Positions 1-11,244 of a stretch of 64,000 nucleotides of DNA are shown here, piece by piece. Location of the stretch: positions 47,182,001 through 47,246,000 of the forward strand of contig OX597819.1 in assembly GCA_951406725.2 (NCBI GenBank). The letters are read 5' to 3'. Origin of the DNA: Octopus vulgaris (lineage: Eukaryota). The number at the start of each line of letters is the position of its first letter. Position 1 is the stretch's first letter. The position numbers and the translations under genes are program-made. The notes under the pieces are model-generated. The model saw only the letters and a list, made by a program, of their open reading frames with translations. It made no database searches and was not told the origin of the DNA.

Positions 1-387
1 CAGACAAATAGCGTGGAACAACATTAAAGGAAATGCCTTGATCAGAGACACATCACGCCGGCCGGTCCTAGAATGGAATCCACGCCTTTGCGATTGTGAG
101 TCCATCACCTAACAAGTGACTTACAAAAGTGTGGGTTATCTAGTTTCTGAAGCGTTGGCTACCCAGTCTACAATTCAAAGGTTCGTATCTTGTCCAGTGG
201 TAAAGACTGACGATGCTGAAGTACCAGCATCTTATCATAGAAATTTGTCTACCAAACTGGCATCAAGTACCACAGGCAGTAATAATTCGCTATCTCTGTC
301 GAGCTCTTTTGTCAATCCGCTAAGTTGCATGGTGATGGGGTCGAACAAACAGACACAAAAGCACACAACATATATATATAAAAGTCA

Positions 388-838
388 TGTTTATCGCCAC
401 ATCAATATGGCTGTTCGATGTTACTACACCGTTACCACCGTTTGACCCCAGACAGATCTTCTGCCAGCTGGTTATCGGTGCAAACTGCACCCTGTGTATA
501 TTGCAAGTAGTAGGAAGCTAACCCCTACTATCCTAGCAGACGACGGAATTACGAGACCGACCAGTTTCGGACTACTTGTGCCCATCTTCAGTCGTGAACA
601 CCCGGCCGCTAGAAATAGCAGGAGTTTGCTCCAGCTCGCAATATGCAGAAAATTTATCGACCATCAGTCACTAATCTTGCAACAAGCAAAGTTAGCTAGT
701 TAGAAAATCTCAATAAGAGATGAAAGTAGCAACTATTCTGAGAAGTATAATGTTTATCGTCACATCGATATGACTGTTCGACGTTACTACCGTTTTAACC
801 CCAGGCAGATCCTCTGGCAGCTGGTTACCGGTGCAACA
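388..838. repeat. ~90-95 bp imperfect direct repeats (388-485, 751-838) flanking a hammerhead-containing segment; Penelope pLTR/retrozyme-like remnant
   Basis: Both copies read tgtttatcgYcacatcRatatgRctgttcgaYgttactac...accccagRcagatcYtctgScagctggttaYcggtgcaa. Confidence 0.6.
551..595 (-). ncRNA. Type I hammerhead ribozyme motif (Penelope-like)
   Basis: Minus strand: acga-CTGAAGA-t-gggc-acaagta-gtcc-GAAAC-tggtcg-GTC-tcgt. Core boxes are intact; stem I acga/tcgt, stem II gggc/gtcc, minimal stem III. Confidence 0.65.
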
Positions 839-869
839 TTACTTCCACACAATTTCCGTCTACCAAATT

Positions 870-1275
<406 letters not shown>

Positions 1276-2192
1276 AGTCGGCACAGGGATTGGTAGAAGA
1301 TACTTGACCAAGCTGTCGCACAGCAGAACTGAACCAGAAACCACATAGCTGCCAAGCGAGCTTTTTAACCATACCACCATGCATTCGCCTATGCATAACT
1401 TTTCAAAATGCCGAACCGTTTAACAACATGTAAAATTGATCGGTTAATTGCATAAGAAAATCATAAAGATCCAATTAATTAACATAAGTTTTTTTTTCTT
1501 TCAGAGCTTTTTTTTTTCGATTTAGGATGAAAACTGGCCGATAATTGCATAAAACTGAACATATGATTTTATATGAATTTAATAATTCCAGAAGTCTCCG
1601 TTTTTATGACCATTTGAAATAGCAGTAATTCGTAGTTCGCGCTTACAAACAACCAATGTCGCCAACAGAATATTCGAGGTATTCTTGCCATTTCAATTAT
1701 TTAAATATTATCGAAATTCAAATCTATGTGTATTCTTACCATATGTTTGATTATTTTAATTACGTAATTATTTTGATTATGTTATACGATTATTCTATAA
1801 ATAAATCTTCATTATAGATAAAATTTGCAAAATGTTAGTTTAATCAAACTGAAACGATGCTGATTTGTTGCCTTCGTTATCGACAATATTAACCATTCTC
1901 AAGGTGATAGTCTAGTGGTTAAGGTGTTCGGCTCATGATCATAATGTTGTGAGTTCAATTCCGAAATCGGGTAGCATATTTGTTTTGTTGTTTTTTTTTA
2001 ACATGGTGCAGATAAAACACTGATTTTCTAGACAATGACAGTCCTAAACCTCTTATAATCTGAATTAATTTAATCTTAATGCAAAAAGTGAAAACCTGGA
2101 AAAGTAGTCGTCGCACTGAATAAACATGCTTAGCGGCACTTCTTCCGGTTCTACATATTCTGAGTTCAAATGCCGCCAAGGTCGACTTCGCC

Positions 2193-2474
2193 TTTTTTTT
2201 TTTTTTTTCTTCACAGTGAACGTATCGGCCACCTTGGACACTCGGCGAAGAGCACTCTCGGAGGAACCGTGCGGACCGAAACGACTGGGAAGTGGACGCG
2301 CTACCGCAACGCGAACGGCGACGCCTTCCTCGTGGCTCCCACACCGACCCGCGTGACGCCGCGCAGGCATGAAACCGGACGGGCGAAGACAGGGCGGCCG
2401 ACACGGCGATGATGCGCGCAGAGCTCCGCGGCCCGACCGCGCACGCACCGGCGAATAGGGCCGGGAATGCGAAC
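2193..2474 (-). pseudogene. Poly(A)-tailed fragment of 18S rRNA (V4/ES6 region) inserted in a SINE
   Basis: GC-rich island. The minus strand ends gtgctcttcgccgagtgtccaaggtggccgatacgttcactgtgaag+A16, resembling the conserved metazoan 18S end-of-V4 motif (..GAGTGTC..GGTGGCCGGAACGTTTACTTTGAAAAAA). SINE sequence on both sides. Confidence 0.7.
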
Positions 2475-2760
2475 TGGAGTTAATGTAATCGACTTCCCTC
2501 CTGCATCAAAATCGCTGGGCCTTGTGACCAAATTAAATAGAACTCGCACTAACGTAAGGGTGCCTGTATTTCACTTAATTATTGAAGTAAATTTAACATT
2601 TGTTTAATTTAGAGTGTGTTGCCCAAGGTGAATACCCTTGGTTCGGAAAACTCAGTCATCCGGAAAAGCTTCGGAATCAAAGGTTCCGGAAAATCGATGT
2701 TGTACCTGTCTTTCATTTCACTTTGCTCCAGTCTCCCCAGCTGTAAACGGATACCAGATC

Positions 2761-2810
<50 letters not shown>

Positions 2811-2975
2811 ACTCTCCCTCTCTCTCTTTCTCCCTTTCTCCTCTTCTCTTTCTCCCTTTCTCTCTCTCACCCGCTCTCCCTCTCACTCTCTCTCACTCTC
2901 TTTCACACACACACACCCTCTCTCTTTTCCTCTCTTTCTCTCTCTCCTTCTCTCTCCCTCTCTCTCTCTCTCTCT

Positions 2976-3103
2976 CAGGCATACACTCTCTCCCTCCCTC
3001 CTTCTCCCCCTCACTACTAATGTCACTGTCTTTTTAAGATAGTAAGGTGTGAGTTCAAAAGAGATTTGACCGCTATATCAAACTGATCGAGCGACCACGT
3101 ACG

Positions 3104-3162
<59 letters not shown>

Positions 3163-3243
3163 TTCTCTCTTTCTCTCTCTCTCTTTCTCTCTCTCTCTTT
3201 CTCTCTTTCTCTCTCTCTTTTTCTCTCTCTCTTTCTCTCTCTT

Positions 3244-3303
<60 letters not shown>

Positions 3304-3428
3304 GCATACACTCTCTCCCTCCCTCCTTCTCCCCCTCACTACTAATGTCACTGTCTTTTTAAGATAGTAAGGTGTGAGTTCAAAAGAGATTTGACCGCTA
3401 TATCAAACTGATCGAGCGACCACGTACG

Positions 3429-3432
<4 letters not shown>
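2976..3432. repeat. Tandem duplication (~325-bp period) of a ~130-bp unique segment plus a (CT)n tract
   Basis: caggcatacactctctccc...gagcgaccacgtacgagt occurs identically at ~2976 and ~3301; a diverged partial homolog is at ~33341-33427. Confidence 0.9.
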
Positions 3433-3489
<57 letters not shown>

Positions 3490-3490
3490 T

Positions 3491-3668
<178 letters not shown>

Positions 3669-3943
3669 GCACGCATGCACTATCTCTATTTCTATTTCCA
3701 TCTGTCACATCCTATGTGTACCGCTGGAAGAAGAATGAGAGAAAGGACCGAGAGAATATTTATCTCTGATCTCGACTACGCATGCGCTTCAAATAACTAG
3801 CAAAGTCGTAGTACTTATTAACAAGCTATACTCGCTGGCGAATGAAGGCTGACTGTACACAAGCCTTTAACTCTTTACCCGTCTAAAGCATTTTCGTAAG
3901 TTTATCCTAAACGTCCATAATTGTTTTTCATACTTTTAATTAG

Positions 3944-4388
3944 GGATCTTTTCGGTTTGAACGGCAGTTTTTTAAAATAATTTCCACGTAACTAAACACT
4001 TTTAAACTTCGTATACTAGTAGAATGTGTTTATAAAACATATTTTTCTCTTGGCTTTATTGAGAAAATTCTATAGTTTGTAAAATATTTGTTGTTTATTC
4101 TTCAATTTCTGCAATTTCAACCAATCAATGACGTCTATTGAGGTGAAAACATTCTGTGCCGTATGAATATGTCCCTCGTTTAAGAAACAGATTGGGTTTA
4201 TTTACATTTCTGAAGAAAAAAAGATACCCTTCCCCCACCCCTAACCCTAACTAGCCCTAACTAACCCTAACTAACCCTAACCCTAAAACAGATTGAAATG
4301 CAATAGATCGATACTAGGGTCATAACTATGGGTGACAATTTCATATGACACCGCTAGAAAAAAACTGCCGTTCAAACCGAAAAGATCC
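3944..4388. mobile_element. Non-autonomous DNA transposon (MITE), Merlin-like, with internal (CCCTAA)-type repeats
   Basis: ~29-bp TIRs ggatcttttcggtttgaacggcagttttt / aaaaactgccgttcaaaccgaaaagatcc; 8-bp TSD ttaattag (3936-3943, 4389-4396); GG termini. Confidence 0.85.
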
Positions 4389-4624
4389 TTAATTAGCCCT
4401 TATTTCATACGTTCTGAGTAATATAAAGCTTTCCTTTCATACGTCCCACATTGCGTTGGTAGTTGGACAAAATTGAGAATGCGTATCATATGATGAATGG
4501 ACGCCAGGGAAATACGTCCTGTGTATCACGAGTAATGAAGAGAGACAGACAAGGGGTTAAACAAGGCAGCTGCATTTTTTTTATAATTATTGAGCAAAAG
4601 CAGTGTGCATCTGTGTGTGCGTGC

Positions 4625-4694
<70 letters not shown>

Positions 4695-4888
4695 AAGTCG
4701 ATATCGAGACATATAAATCTAACTAAACTTTAGTAAATTAAAAAATATCAAAGAAGATTGAGACACGTCATAAGGAATAGGTCAAACGGTTGTCATGTCA
4801 ATACATAAATAATAATAATCATTATTATTTGTAGCAGTAGTATTGTCCCCCTCATCCTTCGCCCTGGTGGCAAATAAAAGAAATTATT

Positions 4889-4929
<41 letters not shown>

Positions 4930-4930
4930 T

Positions 4931-5094
4931 GCCTTTGCTCAGCTTCTAATGCTGGAGATGTACTACGGCGTCAGCTGTTCACTATCACTGAACTAAGGTA
5001 ACACCCCTTATTTTTCGAGCACCATCCAGAGTATTCGAGCGGTTCCAAGCAGTGCTGTTTTCTGCAAGTGCTCCACCCGTATTGCAACCCCCAC

Positions 5095-5095
<1 letters not shown>
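4931..5095 (-). mobile_element. 3' end of an R4/Dong-type LINE (subfamily a)
   Basis: Minus frame VGVAIRVEHLQKTALLGTARILWMVLEK*, then a 3'UTR; flanked by trinucleotide tracts. Confidence 0.75.
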
Positions 5096-5150
<55 letters not shown>

Positions 5151-5593
5151 GGGTGAGAGAGCAGTGCATGCCATCAAAGTGGCACTGGTGTAAAATATAC
5201 GAAACCCAGTATACCCATCATGACTACCGTCTCATAAAGGTACACCAGGCACATGCATTACAACCCTATGTGCGCGATATGGTGATCTCATATCAAGATT
5301 AACAGCGCATGACCTTGTAGGTGGTGCCTAGTTCGAATTTTCTTTAGATCGACTAGTCCATCCCGCTCAAAAGGTCCCTGAAGAAGGGTTGTTTAAGGAT
5401 GATGAACTGTTTCCAGAGTGAATTATCCGAACCCTCAAAAATTCTTCTCAATGCATGACTATGATGCTCCCCAACTACTTCTGCTCGCGATCAGAGATGC
5501 ACATATCGTCAGCCACTAAGGAACATGCTCAACTGGTTAAGATCAAACAACTGACAAGCAAATCTGTGGTGCTGAGCAGAATATTTGCTGCAG
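5151..5593 (-). mobile_element. 555-bp TAA-targeting element, truncated copy
   Basis: Homologous to 9933-10487; abuts (ATT)n; interrupted by a SINE. Confidence 0.85.
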
Positions 5594-5603
5594 CGAATAT
5601 TAA

Positions 5604-6052
5604 GGCGGTGAGCTGGCAGAAACGTTAGCACGCTGGGCGAAATGATTAGCAGTATTTCGTCTGCCGCTACGTTCTGGGTTCAAATTCCGCCGAGGTCGAC
5701 TTTGCCTTTCATCCTTTCAGGGTCGATTAAATAAGTACCAGTTACGCACTGGGGTCGATATAATCGACTTAATCCGTTTGTCTGTCCTTGTTTGTCCTCT
5801 CTGTGTTTAGCCCCTTGTGGGTAGTAAAGAAATAGGTATTTCGTCTGTATTTACGTTCTGAGTTCAAATTCCGCCGAGGTTGACTTTGCCTTTCATCCTT
5901 TCGGGGTCGATAAATTAAGTATCAGTTACGTCCTGGGGTCGATATAATCGACTTAATACCTATGTCTGTCCTTGTTTGTCCTCTATGTTTAGCCCCTTGT
6001 GGGTAGTAAAGAAATAGGTATTTCGTCTGCCTCTACGTTCTGAGTTCAAATT
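5604..6052 (+). mobile_element. tRNA-derived SINE family A with a tandemly amplified ~183-bp body
   Basis: Head ggcggtgagctggcagaaacgttagc; B-box gggttcaaattcc; core gaggtcgactttgcctttcatcctttc..gtcgat..aagtaccag repeated. Other family copies lie at e.g. 6110-6298, 7000-7198, 20087-20300, 32680-32897, 40655-41060, 51470-51680 and 55480-56350. Confidence 0.85.
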
Positions 6053-6299
6053 GGTGGGGGGAGGAGCAGCAGCTTTATTATTATGGTTTCAAATTTTTTG
6101 GCGCAAAGTCAGAAATTTCGAGGAGAGGTCAAGTCGATTACACTGACTTAAAGTTCTTTACTACTACTTATTTTTTCGACCTGGAAAGGATGAAAGACAA
6201 AAGCGACGTCGGCGGAATTTGAACTTAAAATGTTCAATGGACGAAATGCTGCTATGCATTTGCCTGGCCAGCTAACGATTCTGCCATCTCGCCACCTTA

Positions 6300-6383
<84 letters not shown>

Positions 6384-6384
<1 letters not shown>

Positions 6385-6706
6385 GAAATGGAAAAACTTT
6401 CAAAATACAAAGACCTGAAAATAGAGGTAACCAGAATGTGGAATCTAAAAACAGAAACAATCCCTATCAGTAGGTGCATTAGGCATGATAAAAAAATATT
6501 CAGACAAATACATAACAAAAACACCAGGACTTACAAACACATATAACATACAGAAAATTGCACTAATAGGCACTGCACACATCCTACGCAGAATACTTTC
6601 CATACAATAACCATCAGAGCATCACAACAAATCACAGCACATACCCAAGGCATACAGAGCTGTGCTCGGTAGTGAAGTGAAAGCACGCTATAAAAATAAA
6701 ACTACG

Positions 6707-6708
<2 letters not shown>
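6384..6708 (+). mobile_element. 3' end of an R4/Dong-type LINE (subfamily b) between (TAA)n tracts
   Basis: EMEKLSKYKDLKIEVTRMWNLKTETIP..VGALGMIKK..IQKIALIGTAHILRRILSIQ*, then 3'UTR and (AAT)n; a related 3'UTR piece is at ~15133-15275 (-). Confidence 0.85.
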
Positions 6709-6780
<72 letters not shown>

Positions 6781-7225
6781 TCTTCTAAAGGCACAAGGCC
6801 TGAAATTTGGAGGAAGGGACTAATCGATTACATCGACCCCAGTGTTTCACTGGTACTTATTTCATCGACCCCTAACCCTAGCCCTAACTCAGAAAGTAGC
6901 GACGGACGAAATACAGCTAAGCATTTCGTCCGGCGTGCTAACGATTCTGCCAAGCTCACCACCTTTATAATAATATTAATAATAATGATTTCAAATTTTT
7001 GCCACAAAGGCAGCTTGGGGGAGGGAGTTAAGCCGATAACATCGACGCCAGTGTGCAACTGGTACTTATATAATGGACCCCAAAAGGATGAAAGACAAAG
7101 TCGACCTCGGCAGAATTTGAACTCTGAACGTAGCAACGGGCGAAATACCGCAAAGCGTTTCGTCCAGCGTGCTAACGGTTCTGCCAGCTCGCCGCCTTAA
7201 TAATAACAACAACAACAACAACAAC

Positions 7226-7375
<150 letters not shown>

Positions 7376-7782
7376 CCGAAGTACAGGCAGTGGTAGGTCA
7401 TCTAACTGATTGAAGTGTTATCTATTGTTTGCTGGTAAAAGAGCTACGCAAATATTCTGTACCAAGATTTGTTGCAGTGTACTAACCAATAACGATTGTA
7501 TCTGATCACGAGCAGAAGTAGTGGATAATAATCACTGAACATGGTGGTTTTAAATCCTTAAACAACCCTTATTCAGGGACCGTTTGAGGGATGGCCTCAA
7601 CCTGAAGAAAATTCTACTCCCCACTGCAAGTCATGTTGTTTATCTTGATATGAGATCACCATGTCGCGCACATATGGTTGTGATGCATCCTGGTCCTTAC
7701 AGACGGTAGTCATGATGGGTATATTGGGCTTCGTATATTTTACCCCAGTGTCACTTTGATGGCATGAACTGCTCTCTCACTC
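7376..7782 (+). mobile_element. 555-bp TAA-targeting element, degenerate copy
   Basis: Ends gtcactttgatggcatgaactgctctctcactc-aataataa; many small deletions. Confidence 0.75.
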
Positions 7783-9466
7783 AATAATAATAATAAAAGA
7801 TAGTTTGGACTGGGTGGAACATAAGTAAATCGTATGTACACAGTTGTTTGCTGGAAAATGAACGAAATAACATGGCAGCCGTTGTTGAATATACATGAAT
7901 CTGTTTTAGCTTGGGTAATTGAATAATATCAAAAGAGATAAATCAAACGGATGTCATGTTGATATGTAGCAATAAAAACGATAGCTAGGACTAGGTGGAA
8001 CATAGTAAATTATCTAATACACAAAACGTACTGTAGCTCAAAGTTTTACTCTTGTTTTATTATACAATCTATGCATGTGCAACATAGTAGCATAACTTCA
8101 ATATATTGAAATCACGTAGTATCACCTACTATGCGAATTCAGTTAATTGCATACTCCGGTTTAATGCATCGATATATGCAGTTAAGCGAAACCGAGGAAA
8201 ATGTATTTCTGTTGCTGATTGAAAAAGAAAAAGTTGGAGATGAAAATTTAAGAATCCTCTTGATGGAATAACTGTAAACGCTTTGACTTTTTAATGTATT
8301 CAACTTCTTGGGACAGGAACGGATAAATTTTCTAGTTCTACTTTTGAATACACACATGGCTGTATTTCTTCTATGCTAATAAATGCGAAATTATGTCTGT
8401 CCGTCCAGAGACCCTGTATCCCAATCTACATTTGCTCTCCATAAACATATACCTTTTTTTGGAATCAGGATGATCCTGGCATTGAAAATCTGCCCTTCAT
8501 TTGGTTTTTGAACATTCAGCATTGGGATCTGATTAAAAAAATATTTGGGTTGCTATTTCTAGCTGATAACGTTTGACTGATTCACGCCATTTTGGTTGAC
8601 GTTGGTCAGATGGCATCAGAGATCAAGAGGGAGATGACATTCGCTTCGTTAATTTTACGTTGAGATTAGAACTTTGGGACGAACTGGTCAACAGCTGGAA
8701 TTCAACTTGGGACTAGAACAATAGAATGGCTGCATTACAGAATTAATTCTCATCCGTCCTTAACCTCTAATCAAATACCACCGGGGCATATAGTCATTAT
8801 AGATGTATTATAGTCATGCTATTTAGATCGCCTTAGTTTTGGGCCGCAGTCCGTAGGAGCCAATTTTAAAGTCCGTACAGGGTGCGGCCTTTAAGTTAGT
8901 TCGATATATAAATGAAGTGCTATTCATCCATCCTTCGGTCTTTGTGGTGGTGGTGGTGGTGGTGGTGGTTTTGGCGGTGATGATGGTATTGACTGTGGTG
9001 TCACAACTGATATTACAATATATATACATATTATTGTATTTGCATACTTGTACTTGTTATCGTGGTTGTTACGGCTGTTGATGTCGTTTTTATTACTGCC
9101 GATGTTTGTTGTTGTTACCGTTCTCGTCGTTCGTTGTTATTTTTATGTTTTTTCTTCTTTGCTTGATAACGTTGTTGTTGCTATTACTGCTGTTGTCGAT
9201 GTTGTTGGTGTGTCCATTGTTCATGATGATGATGATGATGATAATGATGGGGCGGATAGTGGTAGCGGTGATGGTGATAGTAATGGGGGTGTCACAAATG
9301 AGGTTGCTATAGACGTATATTATTGTGTTTGCATATTTGTACTTGTTATCGTTATTGTTATTGTAGCTGTTGTTGTTTTTATTCCTGTTGTTATTTATCA
9401 AGTCAGATCTTATTGGTAACCACCCTATCTTTTCTTTCTTTCTTTCTTTTTTCGGACACATAATCA

Positions 9467-9706
9467 AAAGTACCACTTCTTTTGTTTTGTTTTTCGTTTT
9501 CAAAACGGTAGTGGATGGGAGTGATAATTTGAGTGAGATTTGACTGCTACTTCTAGCAGATCGAATGACTGTACAGGGGACTTTCCAAAGTACCGCTTCT
9601 TTTGTTTTGTTTTTTGTTTTCAAAACGGTAGCGGGTGGTGTGGTGCTAATTTGAGTGAGATTTGACTGCTACTTCTAGCAGGTCGAACGACTGTACAGGA
9701 GACCTT
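9467..9706. repeat. ~120-bp tandem duplication
   Basis: aaagtaccRcttcttttgttttg...tttgagtgagatttgactgctacttctagcagRtcgaaYgactgtacagg occurs twice. Confidence 0.85.
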
Positions 9707-9932
9707 TTGCTTCGCTAATGACGACGACGACGACGAAGAGGACGATGAAGAGGAGAAAGAGGAGAGGGCGAAGGAGGAAGAACAGTTAAGAATATGCAGT
9801 TAAGAATATGTTAGGTTTTGTTAAAATAGTTGTTGTTATTGTTACTGTTATTCATATTATTGTTGCTGCAGGTATTTGTTCAAGATGATAATCCTGATGA
9901 TGGCAGTGATTATTGTTATTATTATTATTATT

Positions 9933-10487
9933 GAGTGAGAGAGCAGTTCATGCCATCAAAGTGACACTGGGGTAAAATATACGAAGCCCAATATACCCAT
10001 CATGACTACCCGTCTGATAAGGGTACACCAGGCACATGCATCACAACCATATGTGCGCGACATGGTGATCTCATATAAAGATAAACAGCACATGACCTTG
10101 CAGGTGGGGCCCAGTTAGAATTTTCTTCAGGTCGAGTAACCCATCCCGCTCAAAAGGTCCCTGAATAAGGGTTGTTTAAGGATGTTGAAAGAACCACCCA
10201 TGTTTCCAGAGGTGAATTATTCAAACCCCAAAGAATCCCTCTCAACACATGGCTATGATGCTCCCCCACTACTTCTGCTCGTGATCAGAGATGCACATAT
10301 CGTCAGCCACTAAGGGACATGCTCAACTGGTTAAGGTCAAACAACTGACAAGCAAATCTGTGATATTGAGCAGAATATTTGCTGTAGCCCATCTTTTATA
10401 CCAAGACAAAACAATGTACATGATAACACTTCCAATCAGTTAAGATCAGAAACCATGAGACCCACTGCCTGGTACTGCATCAGGGCA
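9933..10487 (-). mobile_element. 555-bp TAA-targeting non-autonomous retroelement, full-length
   Basis: gagtgagagagcag...ctggtactgcatcagggca, with (ATT)n-type tracts on both sides; 7 copies in the window. Confidence 0.9.
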
Positions 10488-10520
10488 TGTTGTTGTTATT
10501 ATTATTATTATTATTATTAC

Positions 10521-10589
<69 letters not shown>

Positions 10590-11165
10590 TATACACTCAA
10601 CAGATTAGATTGCTGGAAAAGAAAAGAATCCTAACATCGGGCTACAACAAGTGGCATTAGATGCCAAGAACCCTCCTAAGTATCCTAGCTGTCCCTAATA
10701 ACACAGTTTCCTGGAGCTGTACTAAACTAGGTTTTATGCCTATTTCCTCTATCCATCTGTTCAGATCTTTAGGGATAGTTCCCAATGCCCCTATAACTAC
10801 TGGGATACATTTTACCGTAATTTTCATTATCTCTGTAATGCAATGGCTAGGTGCTGGTACTTCGTTATTTTTTTCTATACCCCTCATATTAATTTTGTCA
10901 TCATCTGGGAATGTAAAGTCAATTATCTGGCACCTTCTATTCTTTTTATCTACTACTATCCTATCGGGCCTTCTTGCTTCTATTACTCTGTCAATCTGAA
11001 TGTTAAAATCCCACATCTTGTATTTCTTACTTTCTAGTACTCTCTTAGGTTCGTGTTCATACCACTTATCAGTATGTTCAAATCCTAGCTTTGAACATTT
11101 ATCAGTATGTTCAAATCCTAGCTTTCTACAAAGCGCCCAGTGGATTGTCCTCCCTAGATTTTTCC
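10590..11165 (-). mobile_element. R4/Dong-type LINE 3' fragment with restriction-like endonuclease domain (subfamily c)
   Basis: WYEHEPKRVLE..MWDFNIQIDRVIEARRPDRIVVDK..IIDF..PVVIGALGTIPK..LLGTARILRRVL; frameshifts and a 33-bp internal duplication. Confidence 0.9.
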
Positions 11166-11176
11166 TTATTATTATT

Positions 11177-11229
<53 letters not shown>

Positions 11230-11244
11230 TATTATTATTATTAT

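Noticed and set aside
205-252. CTGACGA-tgctg..cagca hammerhead-like start
   Set aside because: GAAA does not follow stem II directly and no stem I/III can be formed
1955-2549. Arg/Ala-rich ORFs over the GC island
   Set aside because: Explained by the GC-rich rRNA-like insert; the frames run through SINE and poly(A) sequence
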